A stretch of 64,000 bases of DNA from Takakia lepidozioides (taxonomy: Eukaryota; Plantae; Bryophyta). The stretch is taken from assembly GCA_030704615.1 (NCBI GenBank), contig CM060734.1:44950001-45014000 (forward strand). Direction: 5' to 3'. Both the position numbers and the translations under genes were made by a program. A model generated the notes under the pieces. It did not search any database and was not told the origin of the DNA. It was given only the letters and a program-made list of their open reading frames with translations. This document shows, piece by piece, positions 38,751-51,293 of the stretch; within the stretch, counting starts at the first letter, position 1, and every line of letters begins with the position of its first letter.

Positions 38751-39186
38751 GTGCGACCAGGCAGCCCGTCTTGGGGGCCAGGCCAAACCCACGATTTTTT
38801 ACTCACTCCTGTTCTAAAGTCTCCAGGCCTGCAGTGGTAGTCATTTGTTTTTCTATACCTCATACTTGTGTCCCTCACTAGTCCTCAACTCAGACCCAAA
38901 TGGGCAAAGCAGAAAACAAAGAGAGCCTGCGTGTTCCTTAAGTAGCAGAAACCTACTGCGAATAGAAATCAGACAGCATCACGGCACAATCACAATGCTG
39001 GGACCACATGCCCATGTGCTCATCAATCCACCTACAGACCCGCTCCTTTGTTTGGGCTCCTAACCTTTTTACTTCCTGATTTGCTTCATCCGTTTTTCCA
39101 AAGCTCTCAAAGCCCCACATCTGGAGTAAGTAGGCCCATTCTTTGATGCTCAACTTTACATGATTAAAATGTATTTGGTAGTTTAA

Positions 39187-40090
39187 CCCTTAAGTTCCCA
39201 AGCGACCTGAATCGGGTCACTTTGAATTTGCAGTTGGACCTAATTTTTGCAGATCTAATCTGATGGGGCCCACTCCTGAAGCTTTAATGACAAGGGATTT
39301 GTCTCCAGTATGATGCAAAAAACAAAACGAAAAAAAACAAAAGCTGCGACCTACAAAAAATATCTTAGATCTCTCATTTATGTTTTGGGGCCTGAAAAGG
39401 GCTTGTTGACCGCTGACGTGGCAGGTAAACAAGCCCAAAACAGATTGCACTCCAAAGGCCATTTTTGGCAGAAAATTAGCAATTTTGGAAAAAGCACTTC
39501 ACCTTGTGGTGTGTGAGCATTACATACACACATCCACCATTGGCTTTTAAGAAATTTGTAAAAAAAAAAGTACTTCATTTGGAGGCACATTTTCTCTTGT
39601 CAATTTTGAGATTTCAACCCCTATGTAATTGCATGCAAAGCAAGCATAGTCTGAACAAGGGTGGCGACCCCACATGCAGTCCATGCGCCAGAAAACAGTT
39701 GGACCTGCAATTTATTGGGGTCATAGCCACTCCACTATTGATTTGGAAATGGTGGGTCTTGGGGCAAGCAAAACTGGATAAAGCTAGGTTTTAATTTGGT
39801 CAAACCAATTTTTTTCTCACTTTTTCTTTGGGACCTGATATTTGACAACGCTATAATCTCACAATTTCCAAAGTGGACTTGGCTCATTTTTGGTACGTCG
39901 TGCATAAATGAGCTGGGCCCATTGCCATAAGGCTAGAATCTCTGGATGATTTTTGGTAGGTTTCTAGGGGCAATTTACTGCAGCTGGGTACTCAAAATTG
40001 GTAAAAAGTCAAAAGTTAAAGTAAATTTTATTTGTTTTACTTTTTATTTAAAACAGAAAGGGGTTCTAAGACAAAGCAAAGTGCTGATGT
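39187..40090 (+). mobile_element. Truncated left end of a second piggyBac-like family
   Basis: Starts TTAA|CCCTTAAG…CGACCTGAATCGGGTC, echoing the first element's CGACCTCATTCGGGTCG. Homology to copy B stops at this TTAA. No right TIR found. Confidence 0.55.
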
Positions 40091-41100
40091 TTTTGGACAC
40101 TATAACTTGCCTCACTCTAACTAGTGTGGGTGGATTTCTGTGAATTTGGATACATCACCTAAAGATGAGGGTATAACCTACGGCAGAGCGGGTTGGCTCG
40201 AAGAACAATGGGTCCCTACTTTAAGGGAGGTCAAGGTCAACGATCTGGTCTTCAATGTGGGACATGGGTAGATGGGGTAGAAGATGCTATGCGTTGCTTC
40301 TTCATTTCTCAACCCAAAGGAGCTCCTATGTGAACCCTCTGTGTTGGGGATGAACGGTTTCAGTACTTTTCAGTGTGGGGGGAATTTGAAGGGATCTGAT
40401 CTTATGTTCGAGTGTGGTCATGATACCAAGGCTACACGATCAGATCACATATAGAAAACCAAGAGCGCAATCTTCGACATGATGAGCAACTAGCATTCTG
40501 CGAAAAATTGAAACAAACGAACTCTCACAGCTACTCTTGCACCTATTTGGCATGCACCACCCACAACAATATATAAGAGGGTTCTCAGCTGATGCCTGAT
40601 CCACATCAGACCGCATACGCTTAGGAGAATGGCAAAATATGGGTGCTACATGGGAGGTGAAGCAAAATCCACCATAATCACACCCTCATGAAAATGGCCA
40701 AGTCACCTGCATGTAAGGTTGGGAGATTTATGATGTCAAGAATAATGTGGGAACCTTGCAGCCAAAATGATTAAAACACATGAATGTTACCAGATCCTTC
40801 ACAATAATCGACACCAAGTTGATACAGAGGCCCCCTAGAATTTACAAAGGCCTACAGGTTGGGTTGATCAGGCGCATGTGAAGATTCAAGTTCTAAATAC
40901 ATTGGGGTCAAAAGCATTTGCTCATTCTTAAACGCCCAATTTACAAGGATAAAATTCTTCCAGGAACAGTGGCACCCTCATGCAGCAGTTGACTAGCTAT
41001 TTGTCTGCCTGATCTAAATCTAGATCTCATAGAAGTTTAGTCAAATCCTTCAAGAAATTGTTAGACCATCTGGTGCTAGAGCTACAGAGTGTTCTTAAGA

Positions 41101-41175
41101 AGAGAGATGATGGCTGGCGTAACTAAGAGCCACTTCGCCTTGCGGCTACTGCCCCCTTTCGGGGGTGGGCCCTAT
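41101..41175 (-). mobile_element. 75-bp structured insertion with 12-bp TSD
   Basis: GTGTTCTTAAGA at 41089-41100 and 41176-41187. Absent at the paralogous site (~63853-63867). Confidence 0.8.
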
Positions 41176-41334
41176 GTGTTCTTAAGATAACAGTAAAAAA
41201 GGGAAACAGAGTGCTTGAGCAGGGTTTTGTGGAGGAAATGAGAGTGCTGAAGTTATGGAGAGAACGGGCTCACAAGGCTCAAGGTTATACAGAGAGTTTG
41301 TGTGTACCCAACTGTACATGATTCCGGTGACTTT

Positions 41335-41850
41335 ACCTTCCAACTAGCAATCATTGTTGGAGTCCAATGCTCGTCTGCAAATCAAAACAACGTCTTAAGC
41401 TGAACTAGCTCCTTGGGATGAAAGGTCGACGTTAGAAAAAGTCTAATTAATTGAAACTTGCTTGCATTGGGGATTAAATGAAGCTACAATGCTTCACCAT
41501 TTCACCATTTCTGGTTTTCTTCAATACTGTGATCTGCTCATTCAACAGTGTGGAAACATGACATGAGCTACACAACAATACCTCTTAACTTTCCGTAGCT
41601 AACAACGAGTATCTGTCACTGTTACTTACCTCACCTCACATGTGTCTTCCAGAATATTAACAGGGTTAAGCTTGCATTTCGCATGGGGCATATTCTAGAT
41701 GCTATACAAGCCACCACCCAAGCCAAACTCCCATACTATCAGGATGCATGACACATACCTTGCAAGTAAACCAGACGCCCCAACAGCCGATCTCATGCTA
41801 TTGGAGCTCCAGTACAATAGGTGACTTCTTGAATGGACGGTTGTGAAACT
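41335..41850 (-). pseudogene. Degenerate Agenet-domain gene fragments
   Basis: PFKKSPIVLELQ*HEIGCWGVWFTCK|gtatg (ends 41759), ITVLKKTRNGEMV and EHWTP exons parallel RFKKGDTVELKSLEDGYRGAWFSCK|gtatg, IMAVKENHDGEPV and EHWVP of the gene at 47706. Confidence 0.55.
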
Positions 41851-42429
41851 TGTTTACAGAGAAGAAAAAACCATAACCTTTAGACAGTCTTTGTGCAGAG
41901 GTGAGGCAAAACAGGAGTTAGCATAACATCAGGCAAAGTCCTCATATTGGCAATAGAGTGTGAAGAGAAACCTTGGGCTTGGTGGTTACCAGTATGGCTA
42001 GTCACTGCTCAACATAATGCTATTGCAGGTTAAATATGTCCCATACACCAGCTACTCCCACATGCTGTAACATTAACCACACACACTTTGAACAATTTCC
42101 CTATGCTACACGTTCTACACATAAAAGGGATCATTGAAAAGGAATTGAATAGAGACGCTTGAGAGAATATCAGGAGCGCCAACCTAATAGATGAGTATTG
42201 GAAGCATGCACACACAGGCCAACACCAAGCAAACTCAAAGAAACAATAACGCTGCTAAAGCAATACAAAAATGGGCAAAAAAAATTTATCCATGGAGAAA
42301 ATTGAGCGTTAGCAGCAACTCATACCTCAGCGGTGCTAGCGCAGAGGAGAACTGTAGAGACACCAACACCCTGTAGAATAGTAGGTAATAACACTAAATA
42401 TTAACTACGTAGTCCCTGGGAGTTATGAC

Positions 42430-42925
42430 CAGTGTTGGACTGGTATATAGGTGAAGTATTGGTATATGCACTGGTATTAGATACCAGACCAGTCTGGTAT
42501 CATTTGGGAGAGTACTTGGTCATATACCAGACCAGGCTGGTATCAGTTTTTTCATATCACCCACAATACCAGTACTCCCCCGCAGTCTACCTCATTTACT
42601 CTGGTATGTGTACCATACTAATTTATGTGTACATTTGCCTATACATTTGTATTTATGTATATTTACTTCTAAAGCCATCTTTGAATTACAAATGTATCAA
42701 ATAGCAAATATCAAGTGAAAATAAATACAATACACATAAAGGATGATACCAGAGTTGCTACCTCATACCAGCTGGTATTGTGGTCATGATACTCATACTC
42801 ATACCAATATTTGGACAAATATACATCCACCATTATATAGACTAGATTGGTATGAAAACTTTGTGATACGCTTGGTACCAAGGACCAGACTGGTATGTAA
42901 AAAACTTGATACCAGTCCAACACGG
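42430..42925. mobile_element. hAT-type MITE (496 bp)
   Basis: 8-bp TSD GTTATGAC (42422-42429, 42926-42933). 17-bp TIRs with 16/17 match (CAGTGTTGGACTGGTAT / ATACCAGTCCAACACGG). Many internal CTGGTAT/ATACCAG repeats. Confidence 0.9.
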
Positions 42926-43690
42926 GTTATGACATGAAGTCACAAAGTCATCAGTCGCTCTGACGTTGGATGAACAATTTTCCAACATCATCCAATTTTT
43001 GAGTTTTCATCAAACGTCGTCGATGATGTGGGCGTGTTACGCAGCAGGCCCGTGATGTGTGATGGAACCAACCCACCAACCCCAGTGGACTTGCCGGACC
43101 CACCTGTCAACAGTCAAAGTGTCAGCCTTTAATGAGCAGCACAGTAAAAGGGACCACGTCACCTTTGAGTTGTGCGTCAACTCAAACTTTGGATGCTTTC
43201 AAAATTTGAACCTCCAGGCCACCTCCAGCAGCACTTTGTCACTTCCACTGTAGGGTTCAATTTTATCCATCAGTAGATTTTAATAATGTTTAAATTACTC
43301 CAGTTGGGGTCTTACCTTAACTTGAATGATCAAACGATCAAACCCAAATATGATTTTTCTGTATGTTACACCAACCATGATTAGTCTGCTTCTTCTCCAA
43401 ATAACAAAAAAATAACCAAAAATAAAAAATCTAATTCAATGGAGCCATAAGCAGACATAAGCAGACCTTGAGGAGGCGCTAAGTTAAGGGACAGCCACTA
43501 AGTTAATTACTTGCCACATCATCTGGAAGGATGGATGGCCCATAGGAAAACGATATAATATTTGGCGTAAAACTGTTTGGAAGATCACAAGCGGTGCAGC
43601 CTTAACCAGCGCATTGGCCTGTGGGTCTGGGTTCAAATGCCTGTGGTGCCTTCCGGCTGGGCGCCTGTGCCTAGAGAAGGGGGTTAATTT

Positions 43691-44630
43691 CAATGTTGTG
43701 CGGGTACGGGTTTTGAAGGCGGGTACCCGGCGGGTTAGGATCCGGGTTATCCGCACCCGGACACAAAACAACCCGGACCCTTACCTGGATTCATTTCTAA
43801 AATGAACCCCCAACCGGACCCAGACGCGCCTACTGGGTCCAGAACCCGTTAAACCCGCTACCCCCGGGCCAGCGGGTCAGGGTCCGGGGTCTTAAATTTA
43901 GATGGGGCATAGGGGGTCCACCTTAGATCTGATAGGTTTTGTCATATGTGTGGAGGGGACAAGCGGCAATAGGCGGCAGCAGCCCCACCACGTTGTAGCC
44001 CAGTGGTAATGGCCACATACCACCTCAAAAGCGGTTGTGGGTTCAATCCCCGGAGTGGTGTCACAAAGTTGTGCCCTCTGGGACCATAATTTACACCTCC
44101 CAAAGGAGACGTCATATATTATTATTTTGCCAGATCCCACACATCCATGCTATAGTGATCCCTTGAGGCATATTACTATTCTTAACATGTTTAAAGAATT
44201 GATATTGAAAAATAGAAAATGGAACTCAAACTTAATTTAATTCTTATTCATGGTATACATATTCATATTCATGGTATATTTTGAAGGAATGTCTCTTAAA
44301 ATAAAATTCATTATTAGGATTTAAATTTTTTCCAGCCAAAAATAAATTTATCCCTAATTAATCTTAATTTTCTAATTTATTTAATCAATAAATTAGGACC
44401 CGGATCCGAACTTGTGAACCCGCTAATATTTCCCAACAACTACCCAGACCCTATTTCCCAACAACTACCCAGACCCTAACCCAAGTCCATGTTGACAAAC
44501 CCGGACCCGAACCCAGACCCGGATTTTCCAAATTTCAAAAACCCGGATCCGGACCTGGACTTGGCTCCGAAAAAAAACCCGCACCCGGACCTGGCAGGTT
44601 CATTAAAAAGGCAGAACCCCTACAACACTG
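43691..44630. mobile_element. Non-autonomous hAT-type element (940 bp)
   Basis: 8-bp TSD GTTAATTT (43683-43690, 44631-44638). TIRs CAATGTTGT / ACAACACTG. Dense subterminal ACCCG/CCGGAC repeats. Confidence 0.85.
43986..44060 (+). ncRNA. tRNA-derived (SINE-head-like) Pol III A/B-box sequence inside the hAT element
   Basis: A box TAGCCCAGTGG (43996-44006), B box GGTTCAATCCC (44040-44050), ends CACCAC…GTGGTG can pair. No canonical anticodon arm. Confidence 0.6.
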
Positions 44631-46070
44631 GTTAATTTCTCCCTCAAGGCTGTGGCTGGGGTTTCCTTGGGATTTAAAATTTTACAATTTAGGCTTGGTG
44701 GAAAATTGAATCTCATGAAATTCAGTCAAAACATATTCATAGGGACGGTCAAATATTTAACTGTCTTAAGAAGCAAGGAGAGAAGCTAAATATTTCTTAT
44801 TGTGTCCAAGAAGGCCAGTAGGTAAGTTACTATCTCCACACCTCTTCGGATCTCGAGGAAGTAACCCCTCAAATTCTTTCTACTGTTTTAAGGGGAGGAA
44901 GCTCTGGAACTCAAACTAAAAACAAAGAGGAATACACGTGGAAAACAGGACCCGTGAATGCGAAACCGACAAAGATACCACCCAAAATCTTTTAGAATCT
45001 CAGTTTCCCACTATGTCCATACACTGCATGTATGACTCTGAATTGAAAGAAATGAACATTTAGAAAATTGGAAAAACCGGAATTGTTTTTAAATCATGTT
45101 GCAGACTTGTCAAACCAGATGGGCCGCTCTTCGCTGAATCAAAATATCAAGCAACTTACTTATGGTCGAGTGGGCCCGGCCAAATATCTACGTGCTTTGA
45201 GATTGACAGCACGGGTGTGAAGATAGACTCTACACTACTATTCACAAGCTTTTGAATTTTAAAAGCCCAGATACACAAGCCTCCCTCGAGCCACTTCATG
45301 CTATTTTAGATAACATTAAACAAAAGTATGGAATACATATTTAGCACTAGAAAAGAAGATTTGAAGTGGACAAAACAATCACGAACTCTCCTTCCCTGTG
45401 TTCCAGCCCTCATACAGCGATCACCCAGTAAAATAGTATGAGAGAGAAGTGTTTTGAAGCAACCTTCAGGGCCGCACCACCGCACAAGTAGGGGCAGAAA
45501 ATAATACCAGAGGGAACTAGACAGCAGGATTTGAACTACATCACATCGACATCTCAGTGTTGGGGTGACATAGCAGTTTTCCTTACCATCTCATTCGGTT
45601 GGTGGGGCCAGACAGATTCAGCTTGACATGCCCCAAAGGCCAAATGTCCGTTACATCCGCCAAGTGTGCAAGATAGAATAGAATGGGTAAAAGTTAGTAA
45701 AAGCCCTCCCGTTCAAAGCGGTGGCTCACTCTCCGGGAGGATGGACACGGCAGACACGGCAGACAGGGAGGGAGAGGGGGATGTGACAAGGTGAGAGTGC
45801 AGCGCGTAAGAGGAGTAGGTAGGTCGATTATGGGCGGTCATGACACCAGCCGGGATGTGACCGCTGCAAAGCAAAAAAAATTAATTAGCCGCCATGTAAG
45901 TGCCCGTATATTCTGTGCTCAGTACTGGCATTGATGATGAATGGATGGATAGATTGGTGGATAGATTGGTGGATGCAGCAGGTGTACCGAGAGGAGATAT
46001 ATGTATGCAGTACGCAGCACCTGCTGCAGGTGTATCAGAGAGGCGAGGGAGGGAGTCATGGCCGTCTTCT

Positions 46071-46480
46071 AGTGCTCTTCATTCACGGTGCTCTTCATTC
46101 AAAGCGCATTAGTAGTGTTGCTTTGATGCGTTGCTGCGTCTCTTCGGCGATCACCTCCGTTTTCGTGGTGTCTGACCCACGTTTTCGTGTGCTCTTCATT
46201 CTTCATTCCATTCACAGTGCTCTTCATTCAAAGCGCAGTAGTAGTAGTGTTGGTTTGCTGCGCTGCTGCGTCTCTTCGGCGATCACCTCCGATTTCGTGT
46301 CTGACCTCAACGTACGTGTATCAGGCACCTCCGTTTTCGTGTCTGATCCCAACGTCGGTGTATGAGGTTCTGCTGCTACCTTTTTTTTCTGGTTTTCGGT
46401 AGATATTCACTCGTAGCACACAGTATGCTACGTTGATGTGTTGGTGTCTCTCTTGACGTTTTCGTGTCTGATCCCAACGG
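46071..46480 (+). repeat. Nested imperfect tandem repeats in the probable 5' leader of the Agenet gene
   Basis: GTGCTCTTCATTC x4; GCTGCGTCTCTTCGGCGATCACCTCCG x2; TTTCGTGTCTGA x3. Confidence 0.8.
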
Positions 46481-47705
46481 TTCAGTTCTGCTACCTTTCT
46501 TTCGGGTTTCATAGGTTTCAGCTACCTTCGAGTTTCATAGAAGGTGTCGTGTTAGATATTTTCTTTTGCCATCTGTTTTGCGTCTCTTCTAGTTTCTAGT
46601 GAGTGTTGTGTGCATGAGTCCCAACAGTAGCTCGTCAATCCTCTCCTTGTTTTGTATCTACCTTATACAATCGGTAAGTCAGTTTTAAGAGTTTGATTCA
46701 AGATTTAAGACGTAGCTTTCTTTTTCTTTTCTCCTTTTGAAGTTTCTATTGTTGTCTAGGAAATAAATTGGCTTTAGGATAGAATCATTTTGAGCTCGTA
46801 GCAATGGTTGCATTTTGCTTGCTTGTAGATATTTTGGTTTTTCCTTTTTAATATCTTTGAGATTTTTCTTCAAGGAAAGATCCAGCTCCATTTCTACCTT
46901 TCTCAGCTATAACTAGGCTTACATATAGCTGCTTATACCTTTCCATTCTATCAATCTTAGGCTTGTTTGGGTATCTTTGAGATCAGCACCAAAGTGTTGA
47001 AACCATCTTTAGCTCCACTATTCCCATATTTCATTTTCGGGTATGTTTGTGGATAGCTAGCTCATCGATCGAACTCTAGCATGCTATTCATCTTTGGATT
47101 TGTATATGTTTCTTTTGTACCAAAGATTTTCAATTCATTTTCCTTATTTGCCCATAACCTCTCCATTGTTGGAAGTTGTGTTGTCTCATGTTCAAACTCA
47201 GTTTGTGAGGCAAGTGCTTAACTCAGTTCCTTCAACAACTTTGGGTTTTTTTGGTTTGCGGTCTCTCTTTTGAGAACTTACAAACCATACATATTTTTTA
47301 GTTCATTTCCATTTTTAGCTCCACTTGAGATTGCTTCTCCTTGCCTCCATATCTCCGAAATCGATAGTCTATGTACAATTTCAGAAGAAAATGTTTGTGG
47401 GACATAAACTTGTTACAACAGTGTGGATGTATTTGATATATCTGAATGTGTTCATGATATGACATGTTGTTTGTTGTAGCCTTGTGTAGAAGCCACAAAT
47501 AATTTGGGCAGAACAAGAAGGAATAATGCATGAGAGAGTACAAGTGATGGGTGGTCTATCAAGCTCATTTCATATTATTTGTACTACTTAGTATAGCCAT
47601 AGGCTATATAAATCACAAGAGTTTTTAACTGTAGTCTTAATATTTCCCAAGGCTTTTATGGTTTAACAGATTCCTCATTGAAAAATTGGAGTTCTATATT
47701 GGGGA

Positions 47706-50700
47706 ATGGAGTCTCCAAATCCTTCAGTTCTTGCAAACCTTCGATTCAAGAAGGGAGATACTGTTGAGTTGAAGTCCTTGGAGGATGGTTATCGGGGTGC
47801 TTGGTTTTCTTGCAAGGTATGTCTCACTTTTGATGTCTCATTTGCATTCTATTGGTATTGAAGCATGTATGCCTTTATTTAATGCAAGTGAACTTCGTTG
47901 GTATTGAAGCATGAATGCCCTTGTACAAGTGAACTTCGTTGACTATTGAACGAGAATTTTGAACGTAGATTTTGAAGGTCAAACTATACCTAATAGCTAT
48001 GGTAGTTCAATATTTTTGTTGTCACTCTCATGTCAATGTCTTCACACCTTTCAAATGTAATGCACAGATTATGGCGGTGAAGGAAAATCATGATGGTGAA
48101 CCTGTTTATCGGGTTATGTACCTTGATTACGACAATGAAAGTAAGTTATAATTCTTATTTGTCCCAATGTATCCTTCTTATTATGGAGTAGGTGGCGTCT
48201 CCTGCAGATGTGTGAGATCCAATCTTGAATATGTAACAGCCAGACGTGCCAACACATGTGATAGTCAACTTCACTTATTCTTAGGATTGTTTTGTGTGGA
48301 TCTAATGTCATGAAGGTATTTTGTAACTCATTCCCTCAAGAGCAAATGGTTTAAAAATGTGCTTGTCAATCATGTTATGCTAGAATCTTGTGTAGATTAC
48401 TTTCATGGTGCCAAGGAGTCAATTCACCACGTTCTTGAGTTGGATTAAGTCTACGATAGGTACCCTCTTGCGTTCCATACGAGGCACATGATGAGGGAGG
48501 GAAAGGAAGTAATGATAGGACATTTATGTGATTTACAGAGGAACATTGGGTTCCAGCTTATTGCTTCAACCCTTCCATGGAGCATGTTGGGAACAAAGGG
48601 TTTGAAACAATGTTGCGTCCTATGCCCCCTCCATTTCATAAAATGGCAGACCGACGTAGCAAATTGGAACCCACAGGCAAACTGATTTTGCAAGTTAGGC
48701 CATGGGATATTGGAGATTTGGTTGATTGGAAGAAAGACGGTTGTTGGTGGCAAGGAAAAATCACTAAAACCATCAAGAGTTGTGTTGAGGTATACAAGCT
48801 AACACTCTCCACAACCATGAGACTCCTCATATAACCTCTATTAGGTAAATAAGTAGTATGGCATAAAGTTGTTGTTGTCTTGTACTTTTGTTTAGATGTT
48901 TGCTTCCTCAGGAGAAGCTGTTCAAGTGAAATTTTAGGTCCTACGTCAATAGAGTTATGCTTGACTGAAGATGTTGACCTTTTGGCTATACCTAATGAGC
49001 ATTAGCTTACATCATGGCCAAGCTTCCCATTCCCATTACTTCTTGAAAAGTGGTAGAAACTCATTGATATGAAGATTAGCTTTACCTATTGAGTGCTAGC
49101 TAACCTTGTGGATAAGTTTTCCCATGACTTCCAGAAAAGTGGTAGAAACTCTGTATGAAAATTTGTGTAATGATATGCCCATGAGTTTTACAGTAGTGTT
49201 ATATGTGCTACACACTCAGTGGGGGCTCGCGAAGTCAGTGGGGACTGGTAGCAGCTTGTTATTGCCATCTAGGAAGTTGTTTATTGCTGATGATATTGTG
49301 TCTGAGGTTTCCCACAGTAGTGGTAGCAGCTTGTCACTACTGCCACTTTGCCAAAAGTAATAGGAAAACTTGGATATGATGTTAGCTAGCACTCATCAAC
49401 TCCATGTATGCAGTTCTAAGATTTGTATAATGAAATGTCCCATGATTTTGAGTATAATACTCTAAAGTGTTCTACACCCACCGCCGGAAGCTGAAAAAGT
49501 CAATGGGAAGTACCTTGTGACTGCCCAAGTTCATGACAATGTTAAGCTTGCACTCTCTATATTGCTCTAGTATAGGTTGTAAGTTGGGATGGTGTAACAT
49601 CTGTTGGTCTTCCCAAGTTTCCGAATTAAATATGATACTTGAAGCCACTGTCTTCCCACTGTTATTATGCACTGATTGGTACATTATTATCAACATCTTG
49701 TTATTTGTTAGGCCATGAAGCCAGAGGTGGACTTTAGGCATTTTCTTCTTGGGTTCTGTCTTCCCAGATTATGAGATTCATGCATTTGAGAATACTCCTT
49801 GATTATTCAAACTGAAAATTAACAATATAGTGGGAATCAGAATCAGCTAAGTGTTTACAGGTTTGCCAGCTGCACATATAAACTAGCTGGCCCTCGCCTC
49901 CCAACCTAATTTTCCATTGTCATGTTTAGATATCCTTGCCAGAGCCTCCAGTAGGAGAAGGCGAATCATATTGCGCAAGATCAAGAGATTTGCGTCCTTC
50001 AATGTTGTGGGATATGGAAACAAATATGTGGAGTCTCCCAGCTGCCTCCAAGGTTACCTTCTAACTTCCGATATTGCGATTGCTTGAGGTTCTAATGTGC
50101 TTTCTTCAAGTTGCAAGACATCTTGCCATAGACCTATATTTACTCAGCAATGCATTCGCTTTAGACACAACCTGTTTAAGACACCCCTATGGTGTCCCTT
50201 GCTGCATTGTTGTTACAGGTGGTCTGGCCTGGCCAAGATAATTCTGGTTGTTGCTGGCTCCAGTCTGGTTCACCTACCTAGTCGAGGAACCACAAATGTG
50301 GCCTGATCCCACCTCTTGCGACGGGAAATGCAAAATGGACTATGCTGTCTGGGACACCAAGAAATATTCTTATGAATCTGCTAACCCTTTTCATGCACAC
50401 CATGTTAGAGTTACGGCTGATAATTGATCTTGAGGCTTAAGTGTCTTGTAACTTGTGCATCAACCAAAGGCTTTTGTTGGCAGACTTCTTTTGTAACAAT
50501 TAGAATATGTTTTCCTTCACAGAGAGGTGCCATTGAGGTGCCATGTGCCAAGATGTTGGATCTGCCAATGGTGCCCCCGGCTCTTTCAAGAACTGGAGAA
50601 AGAGGCGGGGCATCAAACTCCTTCCACAGGTTGTCTACTGGAGTGGAGAGTGCAGGAAACCAAGGAAACCAAGCATCGCTTAGTGTGAGAGCTGAGAAGA

Positions 50701-51293
50701 GCTCTTTGACTCCACCCCCGTCACCCGCCATTGCATCATCGGAGCCATCAGACAAGCCCCCTGGTAAACAACTCACAAATCCAAGTAGAAGGCCAGTTAT
50801 GTGATCTACATTCTGTCAGTTTCTGAAGTCTGATGCACTGTGCTATTCCCTTATTAGTGGGTTATACTCAACCCAAAACTACCTTCATCTGGCATCTGAA
50901 GGTTAGATGATATCAAGATATAGTTCAAGGGAGCCACCAATTGCATGGATTCCAGAGTGCCTGAGATTGCAAGAAGGGAAATCGACTAGCAGAAGGGAAG
51001 TGACGAAGGCGTGATCGATATGAAACTTTCTGGTTCAAATATGTAATTCAGGGCCTATGTTGTGAGTTGATCTCCCTTCCTCCACCTACTTGTTCTCATT
51101 GTATATGACAGGAGAAGGGCAAGAAAAGGTAAAAGATGACTCTGGAGCAGCGCGAGAGAAACTGCTAAATGGATCGATGCCTGAACATGCAATCACACAG
51201 CTTGGTGTGGTCAAGAGAGCCATGAAGAAAAAGCAGAAAGTCTACAGTATACTTCTGCACCAGGCAAGAGTCAGGGCGCGTAGAGGATGGTGA
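47706..51293 (+). CDS. Agenet/Tudor-domain protein (multi-exon; 3' half possibly disrupted)
   Basis: Exons: MESPN…VELKSLEDGYRGAWFSCK (47706-47816), IMAVKE…YLDYDNE (~48068-48140), MLRPMPP…WDIGDLVDWKKDGCWWQGKI (~48540-48789), LPEPPVGEGESYCARSRDLRPSMLW (~49930-50052). The exon at 50219 has an in-frame TAG; later exons are tentative. Confidence 0.75.
49090..49395. repeat. MITE-like foldback in an Agenet intron
   Basis: Perfect 15-bp inverted repeat TGAGTGCTAGCTAAC / GTTAGCTAGCACTCA with further imperfect pairing. A diverged left-end copy lies at ~48995-49065. No clear TSD. Confidence 0.65.

Larger units (their letters stand above)
31924..41315 (+). repeat. Segmental duplication, copy A
   Basis: Begins TAGTCTTCCACCTTCACTCACCCGTCC, as at 52070. 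High identity to 52070-64000 apart from insertions, deletions and inversions. Confidence 0.95.
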
